A DNA stretch of 29,287 nucleotides, taken from a virus. Lineage: Duplodnaviria > Caudoviricetes. Location: IMG/VR virus record IMGVR_UViG_3300032261_000057, positions 1 to 29,287 of that record; one strand, written 5' to 3'. Under the pieces are notes generated by a model. It was not told the DNA's origin. It was given only the letters and a program-made list of their open reading frames with translations, and searched no databases. Both the position numbers and the translations under genes were made by a program. This document shows, one piece after another, positions 7,882 through 17,277 of this stretch. How positions within the stretch are numbered: the first letter of the stretch is position 1; every line of letters starts with the position of its first letter.

Positions 7882-10083
7882 AGTGATGGGCGGCGGCGGA
7901 TTGGCGTAATGCCCGGGATTCAGCATTATATCCTCAAGCCGTGATTGGGTCAGCGCATTGATTCGGGCGTTTCTTGCTGCCCGGGCTCCGCCAACAGCGG
8001 CACCGATACGATCCCCGATAAGGCCACCAATCTCCGCACCTTGCGGACCACCAAGCGCATACCCAGCCCCGCCTCCCATGATCCCGCCAAGACCTTCTGG
8101 GATCAGCCCATTGACCCAATTGGGCAGGAAACTCGTCAGCCCGGTTTTATTCCCGGCCACCGCGTTTTGAAATGTGTTGGAGCCGATGGATTTTCCCAGA
8201 GAAGTGTTCTGGGCGCGCAAGAGGTCATCACGGATTGATTCCAGCGCGGCCTTCTGTTGATCAGTGACGGCCTTTCCGAGTTTGACGCCGGGCGCGGCTT
8301 GTTGCGCCTCAAGGCGGTTCAGTGCCCCTTGCACTTTGGCAAGCGTGATCTTGCCGCTCGCGTCTGTGAGGTTTTGGCTTTGCAGGAATTTCAGCGCGTC
8401 GATTGGGCCGGATGCCTGCTCATAGTCCGAAAGATATTGCTTGAACCCCGGCGCCTTGGTTTCGATGGCGTCGTCCAGCGCATCACGGATCTTAATGAGT
8501 TGGGATGCTGCAGTTGCGCCGTATCCTTTCGTCAGATCCTTGCCGCTGATGAGGTCATTGATGCCCTTGCGGACGCTCTGATAAAGCGTCTCGGAATCGG
8601 TGATGGGTGTACCGTCCGCATTCACCATTGACTTTTTAACGTCCGAAATTGCCGAAACCACTGCGGGCCGCGTCCGGTCTGGGCCATTCGCAATGTCAGA
8701 TATAACGTCATTCACGGGCGCCATATCGACCGGGTTCTGTGCCGCATGAAGGCCGGGGGCCAGATTGGCGCCTAACGGCTGGCCGAATACTTTTGCTCTT
8801 GCGGCGGCGGCGTCGTTGCCCCGCGCTTCTTCCAATTTCTCTATATCGTCGGCGCTACCGGCCACCGATTCATAATGTGCGGCACGAGCAAGGTGATTTT
8901 CAGTCTCGCGCTGTACCAGCGGAGAATTTGGGTTGAGGTCACGCAATGTCCGATATAGGGCAGATACCCCCGCATTCTGAACGCTTTCAGGAAGGGTCGG
9001 ATTTGATCCAGGAACGAGCTGGGCCGGGTTGGGATTGATATTGCCACCAGAGAACTTGTCTATGACCGCCTTCGCTCTTTTGGCGGCAACGGCATCCTCG
9101 GACGGGATTAGCGAAGAAAATAGCCTATTCGCGCCTGCGCCGACATATTTCCCAACCGCCGCGCCGCCCAATGCTAGAGGCGGTAGCGCCCCCCCAAGGC
9201 CAAATCCGGTTGCTGCGCCCAATGCCGTATTCGCAGCGCGGCCCTGGATGGTCTGCGGCCCCTCACCTTCTGTTGGCGTGCCAGCCCCGAATATCGCCCC
9301 CAGCGTACCGCCCGTCTTGGCTCCCTGTGCCATGAGGCCGCGAAGGGTTGGGGTGATCGCAGAAGCGGCAGATTTAACCGGAGAGCCGGAAGCCATAATC
9401 CCGAGCCCTTCGGCAATGTCACTCCAAACGGGATTATTCTTCTCATATTCAGCCTGCTTAGCATTCAGGGACTTCATGTAGTCCTGATAGCCTTGGCTTA
9501 TTGATTTGCCATTTTTGCCCTGGATTTTATCTGCGGCGGCATCCAATAAGGAAAGGCTGCCCGCCATAAAATCCTTGGCAAAGGGAACGTGTGCCGTAAC
9601 TTCATCATTGAAGCCGAAAGGGGCGCCCTCAATGACATTGCTCCCCGGCCTGACTGATGTACCAATGGTGGGCGCGGGCGCCTTGCTGCTCCCCACAGCC
9701 CCCAATAGCTCATCATCGGACACATTGGCTTGGGGCTTGGACTGCGGCCCAGACAGAGAGTTCAGAAGATCGTCGTCCGATACGTTTGCCACGCTTATGA
9801 CCTGTTTACGGTTTGCCGGTGCAAATGAGATGTGAACATGATCACCGCCATCTTCAATTTGATCGAATGGGATGCCGCTTTGTGCCAATTTGGCTGCGGC
9901 GGTCTTGGTATCCATGCCCTTGGGTACGAAATCGAAGGCTTGCCCGCTGAGATGCGCCGAATTTGGAACGCCGCCGACTTGGGCATTCTTCTGCTGTGAT
10001 CTGAGCCCCGATGTGATCTGGACGGGCGCCCCGAGGATATTGCCCAGATAACCAGCCGGATCGGATTGCCAGTCGTCAGCCAC
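7765..10083 (-). CDS. Large DNA ejection (injection) protein with N-terminal peptidase M15 domain
   Basis: ITSGLRS...N..VGG..NSAHLSGQAFDF...DHVHIS is the M15 Zn-peptidase signature; Gly/Ala-rich hydrophobic segments; P22 gp16 position. Confidence 0.8.
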   Translation of the reverse strand: MADDWQSDPAGYLGNILGAPVQITSGLRSQQKNAQVGGVPNSAHLSGQAFDFVPKGMDTKTAAAKLAQSGIPFDQIEDGGDHVHISFAPANRKQVISVANVSDDDLLNSLSGPQSKPQANVSDDELLGAVGSSKAPAPTIGTSVRPGSNVIEGAPFGFNDEVTAHVPFAKDFMAGSLSLLDAAADKIQGKNGKSISQGYQDYMKSLNAKQAEYEKNNPVWSDIAEGLGIMASGSPVKSAASAITPTLRGLMAQGAKTGGTLGAIFGAGTPTEGEGPQTIQGRAANTALGAATGFGLGGALPPLALGGAAVGKYVGAGANRLFSSLIPSEDAVAAKRAKAVIDKFSGGNINPNPAQLVPGSNPTLPESVQNAGVSALYRTLRDLNPNSPLVQRETENHLARAAHYESVAGSADDIEKLEEARGNDAAAARAKVFGQPLGANLAPGLHAAQNPVDMAPVNDVISDIANGPDRTRPAVVSAISDVKKSMVNADGTPITDSETLYQSVRKGINDLISGKDLTKGYGATAASQLIKIRDALDDAIETKAPGFKQYLSDYEQASGPIDALKFLQSQNLTDASGKITLAKVQGALNRLEAQQAAPGVKLGKAVTDQQKAALESIRDDLLRAQNTSLGKSIGSNTFQNAVAGNKTGLTSFLPNWVNGLIPEGLGGIMGGGAGYALGGPQGAEIGGLIGDRIGAAVGGARAARNARINALTQSRLEDIMLNPGHYANPPPPITSAATIPNLRQLLTAKRPGIGQATLNHLLIGSLANPNNR

Positions 10084-11572
10084 CGATCAAGCCCTGTTCG
10101 CGTGCATAAACCGCATCATCATGCAGCCGGTTCTTTTCCGACTGGGACATGCCGGAAATCAGCTTCTTTTGTTCCTCGCGGTTTAGATATTGGAACTGGA
10201 ATACGCGTGGATCGAAATGCTGATTGAACTCGGTCTGGAATGCGCCGTAGGACTGCGGGCCATTCTGAGCCTGATATTTCTGCCAGGCCGCATTCTTGGC
10301 CTGAATGGCGTCCTCATTGCCCTGTAAGAGCGAGATAATGCCCTTGTTGCCGAGTTTGGAGAGGGATTCGTTCGGGCTGGTATGGGTGACGGATTCAAGC
10401 TGGGCATTGGCACCAGTCCCACCTAAGGCATTGAACTGCACCTGTGCCACCTGAAGTGCCTGCTTGGTGAATTCTTCCTGTGCTGCAACACTATCAGCAC
10501 CAACACCCTTGAGGCCGAAGGATTGCAGAACGCGATTCCCGGCAGCGAGCGCCTGATTTGACCACTTCGCGCCCGGCCCCGGTGTGAACTGAGACAGGAG
10601 TGAATCCAGATTGGCGAGGGATGCCTTATTGGTCGGCACCGCATCGGCACGCTTCTGCAAGGCACTGGCCTGCTCAATGGAGGCTTGGCCCTGGCCCTGG
10701 AGTGCCGCGGATTCGGATGGGGACAAACCGGCAGGAACGCCCGCAATATTGCCTCCGGGGGCAACCGGGCTTTGCGGTGATGGGACGCCTCCAGCGCGGC
10801 GCGCGTATTCGTCCGCGTATGGATTGCCGCCTTGGACATTGCCGAAATAATGCGGCTTGCCATGTTGATCCACATATTGCTGTGTGGGGCTGGGCGCGGC
10901 CTGGATGGTTGGGCCTGCGGCGGATGGTGTTCCGAATTGGGGAAACCGCATGGGCGTCTGCGATCCACCCGGGTTCTGGTTGACCACGGGAGGCGGATAG
11001 AATGCGTCCAGCGCATCCTTTTGCTGCATGACCTGGGCCTCGAATTGTCGGATCGCTGCCGGGATCTTGCTTTCATCAATCTGGCCGGAACTGTCCCGGG
11101 GCAATGTGGAATAGACTTCTGCGGCCTTCTGAGGCGTCAAAAGCCCGAGGGACTGAGCATGGGCCAGTTTCTCCACTACATCAGAGGATGTTGGATTTGC
11201 TCCGGGTGCTGTGAGAGGAGCGAGATAAGCCGCAGTGGCATTCAAATGCTGGCGCACGTTATCCAGCTTTGCCGTGTCGATGCTGATGTTGCGCTGCTGG
11301 GCTTCCTGGGACTGGCGATAGGCTTCCGGCAGGCCGAGCGTGACGTTTGCCCCGTTTGGTCCTGCGAGTGCCGCAGGAATTTTTGAGGGGTCCATCTGAC
11401 CTGTGTTGGGATCAAACACATCCTTATAAAGCTGGCTCAGGCCAAGCTTGGAGTTATATTCCTGCTGGAACAATTTATTCTGGTTCAGGACATTTTGCAG
11501 GCGCGCAAAGCCCGAGAGAGTATCGAGCGGATTCTGCGCTTTGGGATAGGCGGAAGTATCAACATCAGCCAT
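10076..11572 (-). CDS. DNA ejection protein (P22 gp20 position)
   Basis: Q/A-rich helical protein with no Cys, between the gp7-like and gp16-position genes. Confidence 0.7.
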   Translation of the reverse strand: MADVDTSAYPKAQNPLDTLSGFARLQNVLNQNKLFQQEYNSKLGLSQLYKDVFDPNTGQMDPSKIPAALAGPNGANVTLGLPEAYRQSQEAQQRNISIDTAKLDNVRQHLNATAAYLAPLTAPGANPTSSDVVEKLAHAQSLGLLTPQKAAEVYSTLPRDSSGQIDESKIPAAIRQFEAQVMQQKDALDAFYPPPVVNQNPGGSQTPMRFPQFGTPSAAGPTIQAAPSPTQQYVDQHGKPHYFGNVQGGNPYADEYARRAGGVPSPQSPVAPGGNIAGVPAGLSPSESAALQGQGQASIEQASALQKRADAVPTNKASLANLDSLLSQFTPGPGAKWSNQALAAGNRVLQSFGLKGVGADSVAAQEEFTKQALQVAQVQFNALGGTGANAQLESVTHTSPNESLSKLGNKGIISLLQGNEDAIQAKNAAWQKYQAQNGPQSYGAFQTEFNQHFDPRVFQFQYLNREEQKKLISGMSQSEKNRLHDDAVYAREQGLIGG

Positions 11573-12219
11573 CAGGGGATACTCGCCAAGTTATAGTCGA
11601 AGCCGGTACTGGCCGACCCGCCACCGCCCGCCCCACTATTCAGGAAGGCATAGAGCGGAAGCGAATTGGCTATGGAATTGGTGGCGCCAAGCGTACCCGC
11701 AGCGGCCGCATTGCCAGCCGCTATCGTGGAATTGGCCACGTTCGCGCCGGTATTTGCTCCCACCCCGGCAATCGCTGCGCCTGCGCCGTATCCCGTGTTG
11801 GCCGAGTTCTGGAGCGCATTGGCGTAATTCTGCCAATTGGAGTCAGCGAGCCCCGTTGCATAATTGGCCGCGCCCTTGAGTGCCGCACCGGATACACCAA
11901 GGCCCCGAGCCGTAACGCCATTCTGAACGGATTTTAGCCCCTGCCCCAACGTGAACTGATAGCCGGGAAGGTTCTCTAAGTTACTCTGCATGGTGGCGCT
12001 ATTGCCGCCCACACCAAGTAGTCCGTTCAACGTGTCATAGGCCCCCAGCCCCTTCTGGACGTAAGGGTTCAAAAGCTGCTGATTCTGGTTATAAATCCCA
12101 AGCTGGGCGTTGGTCGCGTTGTTTGCCGCGCCGGCCTGTTGGCTTGATCCTATGAGTGAACCCGCCGTTCCAACAGCGGCAGCGCCTAGAATGGCTGTGG
12201 GGACAGAGATACTTGGCAT
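11572..12219 (-). CDS. DNA ejection/pilot protein (P22 gp7-like)
   Basis: Gly/Ala-rich N-terminus and L.PY...G...L...LG...PGYQF.L.QG...ARGL..SGAALK motif. Confidence 0.8.
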   Translation of the reverse strand: MPSISVPTAILGAAAVGTAGSLIGSSQQAGAANNATNAQLGIYNQNQQLLNPYVQKGLGAYDTLNGLLGVGGNSATMQSNLENLPGYQFTLGQGLKSVQNGVTARGLGVSGAALKGAANYATGLADSNWQNYANALQNSANTGYGAGAAIAGVGANTGANVANSTIAAGNAAAAGTLGATNSIANSLPLYAFLNSGAGGGGSASTGFDYNLASIP

Positions 12220-12848
12220 TTCTGATTCATTCCTTTGCGGATTTTACCGGCCTGGCGGAGATGCCTTAATTCTCTCCAGCAGGTCTTTTTGAACGCTTCA
12301 ATCTCGGGTCTATTTTCGTGGTAGTAGCGAATATGCTCCGCCACATTGACTTGCAGATTCCGGTCTTTGAGCTTCAGCCACCAATCGCGGTCGAACTGGA
12401 ATGGTAGGCAGTGCTCAAAGATGGCCCTGCATCCTTGCTCTGTTCCCAAATCGGCATAATCCAGAACAAGAGCCCCGGGCATTTCCTGGCAAATCTCGTC
12501 CAGCATCCGATTGCCGTAGGCCATGACCTTGGAAAGCCGTTCTTTGTCGTAAGTGGCATATCCCTTGAGGTCTATTGCCAACATGCTCTGAACAACTTCG
12601 CTTGTGGGCCTTCGGATTACTGCAACAGTCACATCGGGGTTATAGTGATGAAACAGCCGCCAACCCTGCGCCATGGCGGTTTCAACGGTCCCGATCCTTG
12701 GCCATGCGAGGATTGTCTGAATATCCTCAATTTGCCGCATGTAAATTGCCTGCTCATGCCAGCAGGACCAGCCGCCATAACTTAGGAAATTGGAAAGCCA
12801 GAAGGTACGTGAACGGGGCAAAGCGTAGACAATGAAATTCTGCCTCAA
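12186..12848 (-). CDS. Sulfotransferase-fold (P-loop) protein
   Basis: FIVYALPRSRTFWLS.FL...HE resembles the 5'-PSB loop (PRSGT); VIRRP..EVVQS resembles the 3'-PB motif; LDYADL. Confidence 0.6.
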   Translation of the reverse strand: MRQNFIVYALPRSRTFWLSNFLSYGGWSCWHEQAIYMRQIEDIQTILAWPRIGTVETAMAQGWRLFHHYNPDVTVAVIRRPTSEVVQSMLAIDLKGYATYDKERLSKVMAYGNRMLDEICQEMPGALVLDYADLGTEQGCRAIFEHCLPFQFDRDWWLKLKDRNLQVNVAEHIRYYHENRPEIEAFKKTCWRELRHLRQAGKIRKGMNQKCQVSLSPQPF

Positions 12849-13468
12849 GTCTTGATCCCGAAGATGATCGAGGCATAGGGCGGGACAAAATTCACCGGAT
12901 CGCCGTTACCTGTGTTGTTTATGGTAATTCCAGTCGTATTAGTCCCGGTCGTGCCCCCGGTCGTTACTGCTCCGGTTGCGCTTCCCGTTGTATTAGTCGA
13001 GCTAGCCGCAAAATCGGTATGATTGTGGCCTGGATCTGTGATGGTGTGGGTGTGGGACGGGAGTTGGCTGACGGACAGACTGAAATTCGTGGCGCCTCCG
13101 AGAGTGGAGAAGGCGAAGTTTCCGGCCCCGACCAGAAACCTGTTCCGAAGATCGGGGAGATTAAATGTGCTTGATCCATCTCCTGCGCCCCATGTGGTTC
13201 CAATGACGGTGAACAATGCCGCATATATCGTGCGATCTACTGCGGCGCCGTTACAGACTAGCCATCCCGTGGGAAGCGTTGCCGCGGCGAACGCCATGAG
13301 CATTCCGGTGGGGCTGACCGATGAGCCCTGCGCCGCTCCCGTCCTTCTCCACAAGGCAATGAGCAACTGATACCAGGGCTGCGTGATTTGTAAGTTCTCA
13401 GGCGAAGCTATCGGAGCCGTGATCTGCGGGAAGCCCTGTAGCGAGCCGGAACTGCTCAAGAAGCGCAC
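12845..13468 (-). CDS. Tail needle-position protein with phage tail collar domain
   Basis: PTGWLVCNGAAVDRTIYAALF.VIGT.WG.GDGSSTFNLPDLR collar motif; HTH and HNH (His-x-His) motifs in the tip. Confidence 0.85.
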   Translation of the reverse strand: MRFLSSSGSLQGFPQITAPIASPENLQITQPWYQLLIALWRRTGAAQGSSVSPTGMLMAFAAATLPTGWLVCNGAAVDRTIYAALFTVIGTTWGAGDGSSTFNLPDLRNRFLVGAGNFAFSTLGGATNFSLSVSQLPSHTHTITDPGHNHTDFAASSTNTTGSATGAVTTGGTTGTNTTGITINNTGNGDPVNFVPPYASIIFGIKT

Positions 13469-14907
13469 CGTATGGCGTCAAGATAGACGCCCTGGAGCGA
13501 GGTCTTGACGGGTGCGGACCATGACAGCTCATAAACCCGATCGCGCGCCAGCCCGAGCCTGTTCCACTGCAGGGACGTATTATAATGCCCAGTATTACCC
13601 AAGCTCTGCACTATTGCATCGCCGTAGGACCGCCCCGCCGTATCCGAAAATCGCAACGATACGGCACAGGTATCAGCCGTGGTATTCACCATCTCATCGC
13701 CTACTTCCATCGCGGCAATAAGATTGCGGTGGATCATGCGGTCATTCTCGGCCACGACATGGGGGAAGGATCGGATGCGGGCTATCGGCTGGCCGTTATC
13801 GAGATATGTGTCCAGATCCAGGCTGTAGAGATTGCCGTTCTGGTAATCGCCCACGATGATCTGATTGTTGAACACGCACGCGCAGTTGGCCCTCCACCGA
13901 TGGAGATTGCCGTTCGTGTCCATCCATGCCCGTTTGTGCCAATGGCCTTCCTTCAGGTCATAGACCCACGTCACATCCTGAGAGGGGAAAACCAGCACAT
14001 AGAACACATGCCCCTGCTGCTGATAAATAAATCCGAGGGCATCATTCTTGACCGGGTAGGACATGATTTCGTTGTCGATGGCCTCGGTCGAAATCTTCCT
14101 GACCCGGTATTGCGCGCCCTCGAATACAACCGAGTTTCCGCTGGTATCCTGGCCCAGCCAGTAAAGCGCCAGATCATACTTGGCGATGGAGCCGACCGAG
14201 GAACAGCCATGTTCCACGAATGCCCCCGGCATCGCCTGGAAAGCAAAATCAGCCGCGCCGGCATCAAACCAGACTTCCGAGGTTGCCGCCCCGATCAGCC
14301 ATAGTTCGCGGTGCATGACTGCGACCCCGACCATGAGGTCATTGCCGCCCGTCTTGGCCGCGAAGTCCAGGGGATCGAAAGCCGTCCCATTGGTGAACAT
14401 CGTATAGGTGGCTTCGGCAAGGCTGAAAAAGAATTCGTTGGAAGCGACGATACTGAAGATCAAATAGGTATCGAGGTAATCCACCCGCGAGGCCGGATTC
14501 CAGTTTGTGAGGGAAATCTGTCCGAAGGCATTCGTTGCCAGATCAATGACGAAGCCCTTCTGTGTCCCATCCACGATCACACAGCACAGCGAATTATCTT
14601 TGATAGAGACAAAGCCGGTATAGCTATTGATGTGGCCTAAGAGATTCCAACCATAGGACTGCGTAACCAGATAAACCCTGTTGGATACGACAACGAATAG
14701 AGAGCCATTCGAAGCGGTGTAGGTGGCACGCACGGGACCAACGACAGGGCATGTGGTCAGAAGATTAAGGCCGGGGGTCGGATAATGGATATAGGGATAA
14801 GGCGAATCCGGGGGGCATTTTTCGGTATAGAGATTGACGCATTGCTGTGCGTCCGCGATCAGCGAGCGGGACTGATAGGCGCCTTCAACGAGTGCGATCT
14901 GCGTCAT
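13456..14907 (-). CDS. Packaged DNA stabilization / tail hub protein (P22 gp10-like)
   Basis: ~480 aa, VNLY.E...TPGL start, W.RLG..RDRVYE end, and synteny. Confidence 0.85.
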   Translation of the reverse strand: MTQIALVEGAYQSRSLIADAQQCVNLYTEKCPPDSPYPYIHYPTPGLNLLTTCPVVGPVRATYTASNGSLFVVVSNRVYLVTQSYGWNLLGHINSYTGFVSIKDNSLCCVIVDGTQKGFVIDLATNAFGQISLTNWNPASRVDYLDTYLIFSIVASNEFFFSLAEATYTMFTNGTAFDPLDFAAKTGGNDLMVGVAVMHRELWLIGAATSEVWFDAGAADFAFQAMPGAFVEHGCSSVGSIAKYDLALYWLGQDTSGNSVVFEGAQYRVRKISTEAIDNEIMSYPVKNDALGFIYQQQGHVFYVLVFPSQDVTWVYDLKEGHWHKRAWMDTNGNLHRWRANCACVFNNQIIVGDYQNGNLYSLDLDTYLDNGQPIARIRSFPHVVAENDRMIHRNLIAAMEVGDEMVNTTADTCAVSLRFSDTAGRSYGDAIVQSLGNTGHYNTSLQWNRLGLARDRVYELSWSAPVKTSLQGVYLDAIRCAS

Positions 14908-15710
14908 GACTTCAGGATTGCCTCACGCGCAGCCGCGAACATGCCGCCACCGTTGACTGTCACTTGCATGTCGAAATATTCCGCGAGCTGGAAGAATTGT
15001 TCCGCACCTTGCGCCTCCGCGGCCCAAGTTCTGGTCGTCTCGAATGTCTTGCCGCCAATCACGTCATCGCCTTCGATCGTGCCGCCATAGTTGATATTGA
15101 GGCGTTGGATGGATGACCAGTCGGCATCGTTGTCCACATGATGCTTGCCATCCATGAAACAGCCATCCCAGCCCCAATAGTCGAAATCGGAATAGCCAAG
15201 CCGGTACATGAGCCACGAGGCGCAAATGGTGATGGAGGAGGCCACGGATATTCTGGCTTTGCCTTCTATGGGCTGATCCTTGAGATGCCAGATCAGAACG
15301 TCCCGGTCTTTCAGCTTCTCAAATACCTTGGGGTGGCATTTCGAGCCGACCAGATAGGTTGTTCCGAAGGGTGGATAGTCGGGCAGGAAATCCGCCACAA
15401 CCTCTTGGGAGTCGCAGCACGCCCAATAGCGCGGCCATAGACCTGTCTTGAGAAACAGACTAAGGGCGCCATTCACGGCCAGGATGGGTGTCTTTATCGA
15501 ACGCAAATCAACCTGTTGGGCACTCGGCCCGCTGGCGATGACAGTCAATTTCCGCCTGTCAAGCGCCTCGGGATAACCACGCTTGAGATTTGCCGCGATC
15601 TGGGCTTGGCAAACCTCATCGGAGTTGGGAACGATATACTCAAAGCCCTTGATGATAGTCCCAGCCGGGATTTCTTCATCAATGGCTATCTTGGGTAAAT
15701 CAATTCCCAC
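14904..15710 (-). CDS. Maf/DUF115 (MptE-like) putative glycosyltransferase
   Basis: VIASGPS, ILAVNGA, P.YW..CD, SKCHP.VF, S...A..L...LGY..F...GWD.CF motifs of the DUF115/Maf-type Rossmann fold. Confidence 0.68.
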   Translation of the reverse strand: MGIDLPKIAIDEEIPAGTIIKGFEYIVPNSDEVCQAQIAANLKRGYPEALDRRKLTVIASGPSAQQVDLRSIKTPILAVNGALSLFLKTGLWPRYWACCDSQEVVADFLPDYPPFGTTYLVGSKCHPKVFEKLKDRDVLIWHLKDQPIEGKARISVASSITICASWLMYRLGYSDFDYWGWDGCFMDGKHHVDNDADWSSIQRLNINYGGTIEGDDVIGGKTFETTRTWAAEAQGAEQFFQLAEYFDMQVTVNGGGMFAAAREAILKS

Positions 15711-16158
15711 GCTGCACGACCCATTTCGTCGCGCTCACTGCGATATAGCAGTTGGATTTGTTGATCGCCAAGGTTGTGTCGGCCACATTGGTATTGGCCG
15801 CGCCGATCCTGTTATTGGTGGCCGGATAGACCTTCACACCGAAGGAGCCAGCCGCGCATACTGTCACTTCCAACCCCGTGGCAGCGGTCGGAAGCTTGAC
15901 GCCATGGGTTGAAACGGTGGTGGCCACATTGACAATCGCAAGCGAGGAAGTGATAGCCGTTGCATTGCCCTGAGTGGCACCGGCAGCGGTCAGGAATTGG
16001 GGAATGCCCTTATAGGTGCCACCAACCGTCATGCCGGTGAAGGTGCCGGCCTGAGGGGTACCATTACCAGTCATGTTATTGACCGGGGTGATAATCGAAT
16101 TGACCAGGCTGCCATCCAAAAGACGGAAGCCGGGGATTTGTGAAGGAATGGCGGCCAT
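15700..16158 (-). CDS. Virion structural / decoration protein
   Basis: T/A/G/N-rich beta protein (TAAGATQ...GVKLP...VKVYP), strong GGAG RBS, inside the morphogenesis module. Confidence 0.65.
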   Translation of the reverse strand: MAAIPSQIPGFRLLDGSLVNSIITPVNNMTGNGTPQAGTFTGMTVGGTYKGIPQFLTAAGATQGNATAITSSLAIVNVATTVSTHGVKLPTAATGLEVTVCAAGSFGVKVYPATNNRIGAANTNVADTTLAINKSNCYIAVSATKWVVQRGN

Positions 16159-16222
16159 TGTTATCTCCAGGGTCGCAAGGATTGGGCTCGACGGTGCAGA
16201 CCCGCAAACACCGTCAAGTCAT
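16159..16222 (-). promoter_or_regulatory. Structured leader (hairpin with possible pseudoknot) abutting an RBS
   Basis: 10-bp stem 16187-16196/16209-16218; loop GGGUC (16199-16203) is complementary to GACCC (16170-16174) next to GGAG (16165-16168). Confidence 0.5.
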
Positions 16223-16963
16223 TCAGTAAATGTAGTCACCGAAAATATTGTACTTCCGCCCCTGATTGAGGCCCGCAGGCATACGCAGGCGGGGAACGGC
16301 GGCATTCATGTTTCGGATGGTGTCGAGGCTATCCTCGGCCAATCCAATCAGCTGCGGATCGGCGGGAAGCTGATACATGACACGAACGCGGGCCGCTAAG
16401 TTGTAGCGAAGCGCCCCGTAATACTGGCTGGGAAGATTGATCGGGTCTGCGAGATTGGCGAACTGAGTGAGTTGCGCCTTGGCCAGAACATGCAATTCAT
16501 ATTGTGTCTGCGGAATTACCGGCCAGGGATAAATCGTTCCCAGCGGATAGGTTGGGTCATAGAAGATATATTGCGGGATCGTGAGTAACTGCTTGAGCCC
16601 GATGCGGGAATAATCTTCGCGGCTGGCCAAGAGACTTAGCGGATAGTCAATCTGATTAGGGCTGGAGGCCGTAACGATTTGGCGGAAGAAATTGCCATCT
16701 TCCAGCCTGTCCGGCCTCTGCATAATGCCGGTATCAATGTTTCCGCCCGGCCCTATGGTGTAGGAAATCGCGCCCGTGGAGACGATGGAATATTCCTGAA
16801 GGTGGTAGATGAGCCAGCGCTTGGAGGCCCATTCCCCAAGCATGATGTTCAGAGTATCAAAACAGTCATTGGTATCCTCGGCGTTGGCTGTTTGGCCAAC
16901 ACCTAAGACGCCAGTGTCCTTCAAGACGAGCCTGACAATATCGCCCGGCGTAGTGACGGTCAT
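16223..16963 (-). CDS. Head-tail adaptor (P22 gp4-like)
   Basis: T.GDIV...LK..GVLG.G.T..AED...LN.ML.EW and P..Y..AL.YNLA motifs; start at ATG 16963 (ATGA overlap). Confidence 0.78.
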   Translation of the reverse strand: MTVTTPGDIVRLVLKDTGVLGVGQTANAEDTNDCFDTLNIMLGEWASKRWLIYHLQEYSIVSTGAISYTIGPGGNIDTGIMQRPDRLEDGNFFRQIVTASSPNQIDYPLSLLASREDYSRIGLKQLLTIPQYIFYDPTYPLGTIYPWPVIPQTQYELHVLAKAQLTQFANLADPINLPSQYYGALRYNLAARVRVMYQLPADPQLIGLAEDSLDTIRNMNAAVPRLRMPAGLNQGRKYNIFGDYIY

Positions 16964-17277
16964 GGATTCACCGTGAAGGTGCTGAGATTGGAAATCAGGT
17001 GTTGGGGCGTCGCATCGGTATAGAGAACCCGCGCCTGCCAAACCCCCGTCTGGTTCAAATCACCGTTCAGGAAAACATATTGGGCATACTGATTGGCGAG
17101 GAACGTGCCCAGCGCCGTCACCAGATTGGTATTGGGCGCGGTCGCCGTCTTGGTGACGATCGTCCCGTCCGGCTTGATAAATTCAATTTGAAGGACCGTG
17201 AAGGAACTGAGATTGAATGCGGTGTTGAACACGCACGCAACGCCATATGTGCCTTCATTGACGGTAATGGTGGTCAA
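16960..17277 (-). CDS. Small beta-sandwich structural protein (BppU N-terminal-like)
   Basis: F.KPDGT...YVF..GDLNQ.G.WQ pattern; coupled at both ends. Confidence 0.6.
   Translation of the reverse strand: MTTITVNEGTYGVACVFNTAFNLSSFTVLQIEFIKPDGTIVTKTATAPNTNLVTALGTFLANQYAQYVFLNGDLNQTGVWQARVLYTDATPQHLISNLSTFTVNP

Noticed and set aside
9179-9190. GGCGGTAGCGCC, an ops-like match
   Set aside because: It is on the + strand inside a minus-strand gene, with no promoter or operon context.
13585-14304. 239-aa + strand ORF and many similar antisense ORFs over the coat, portal and ejection genes
   Set aside because: They mirror well-supported minus-strand genes, as expected from GC-rich codon usage.
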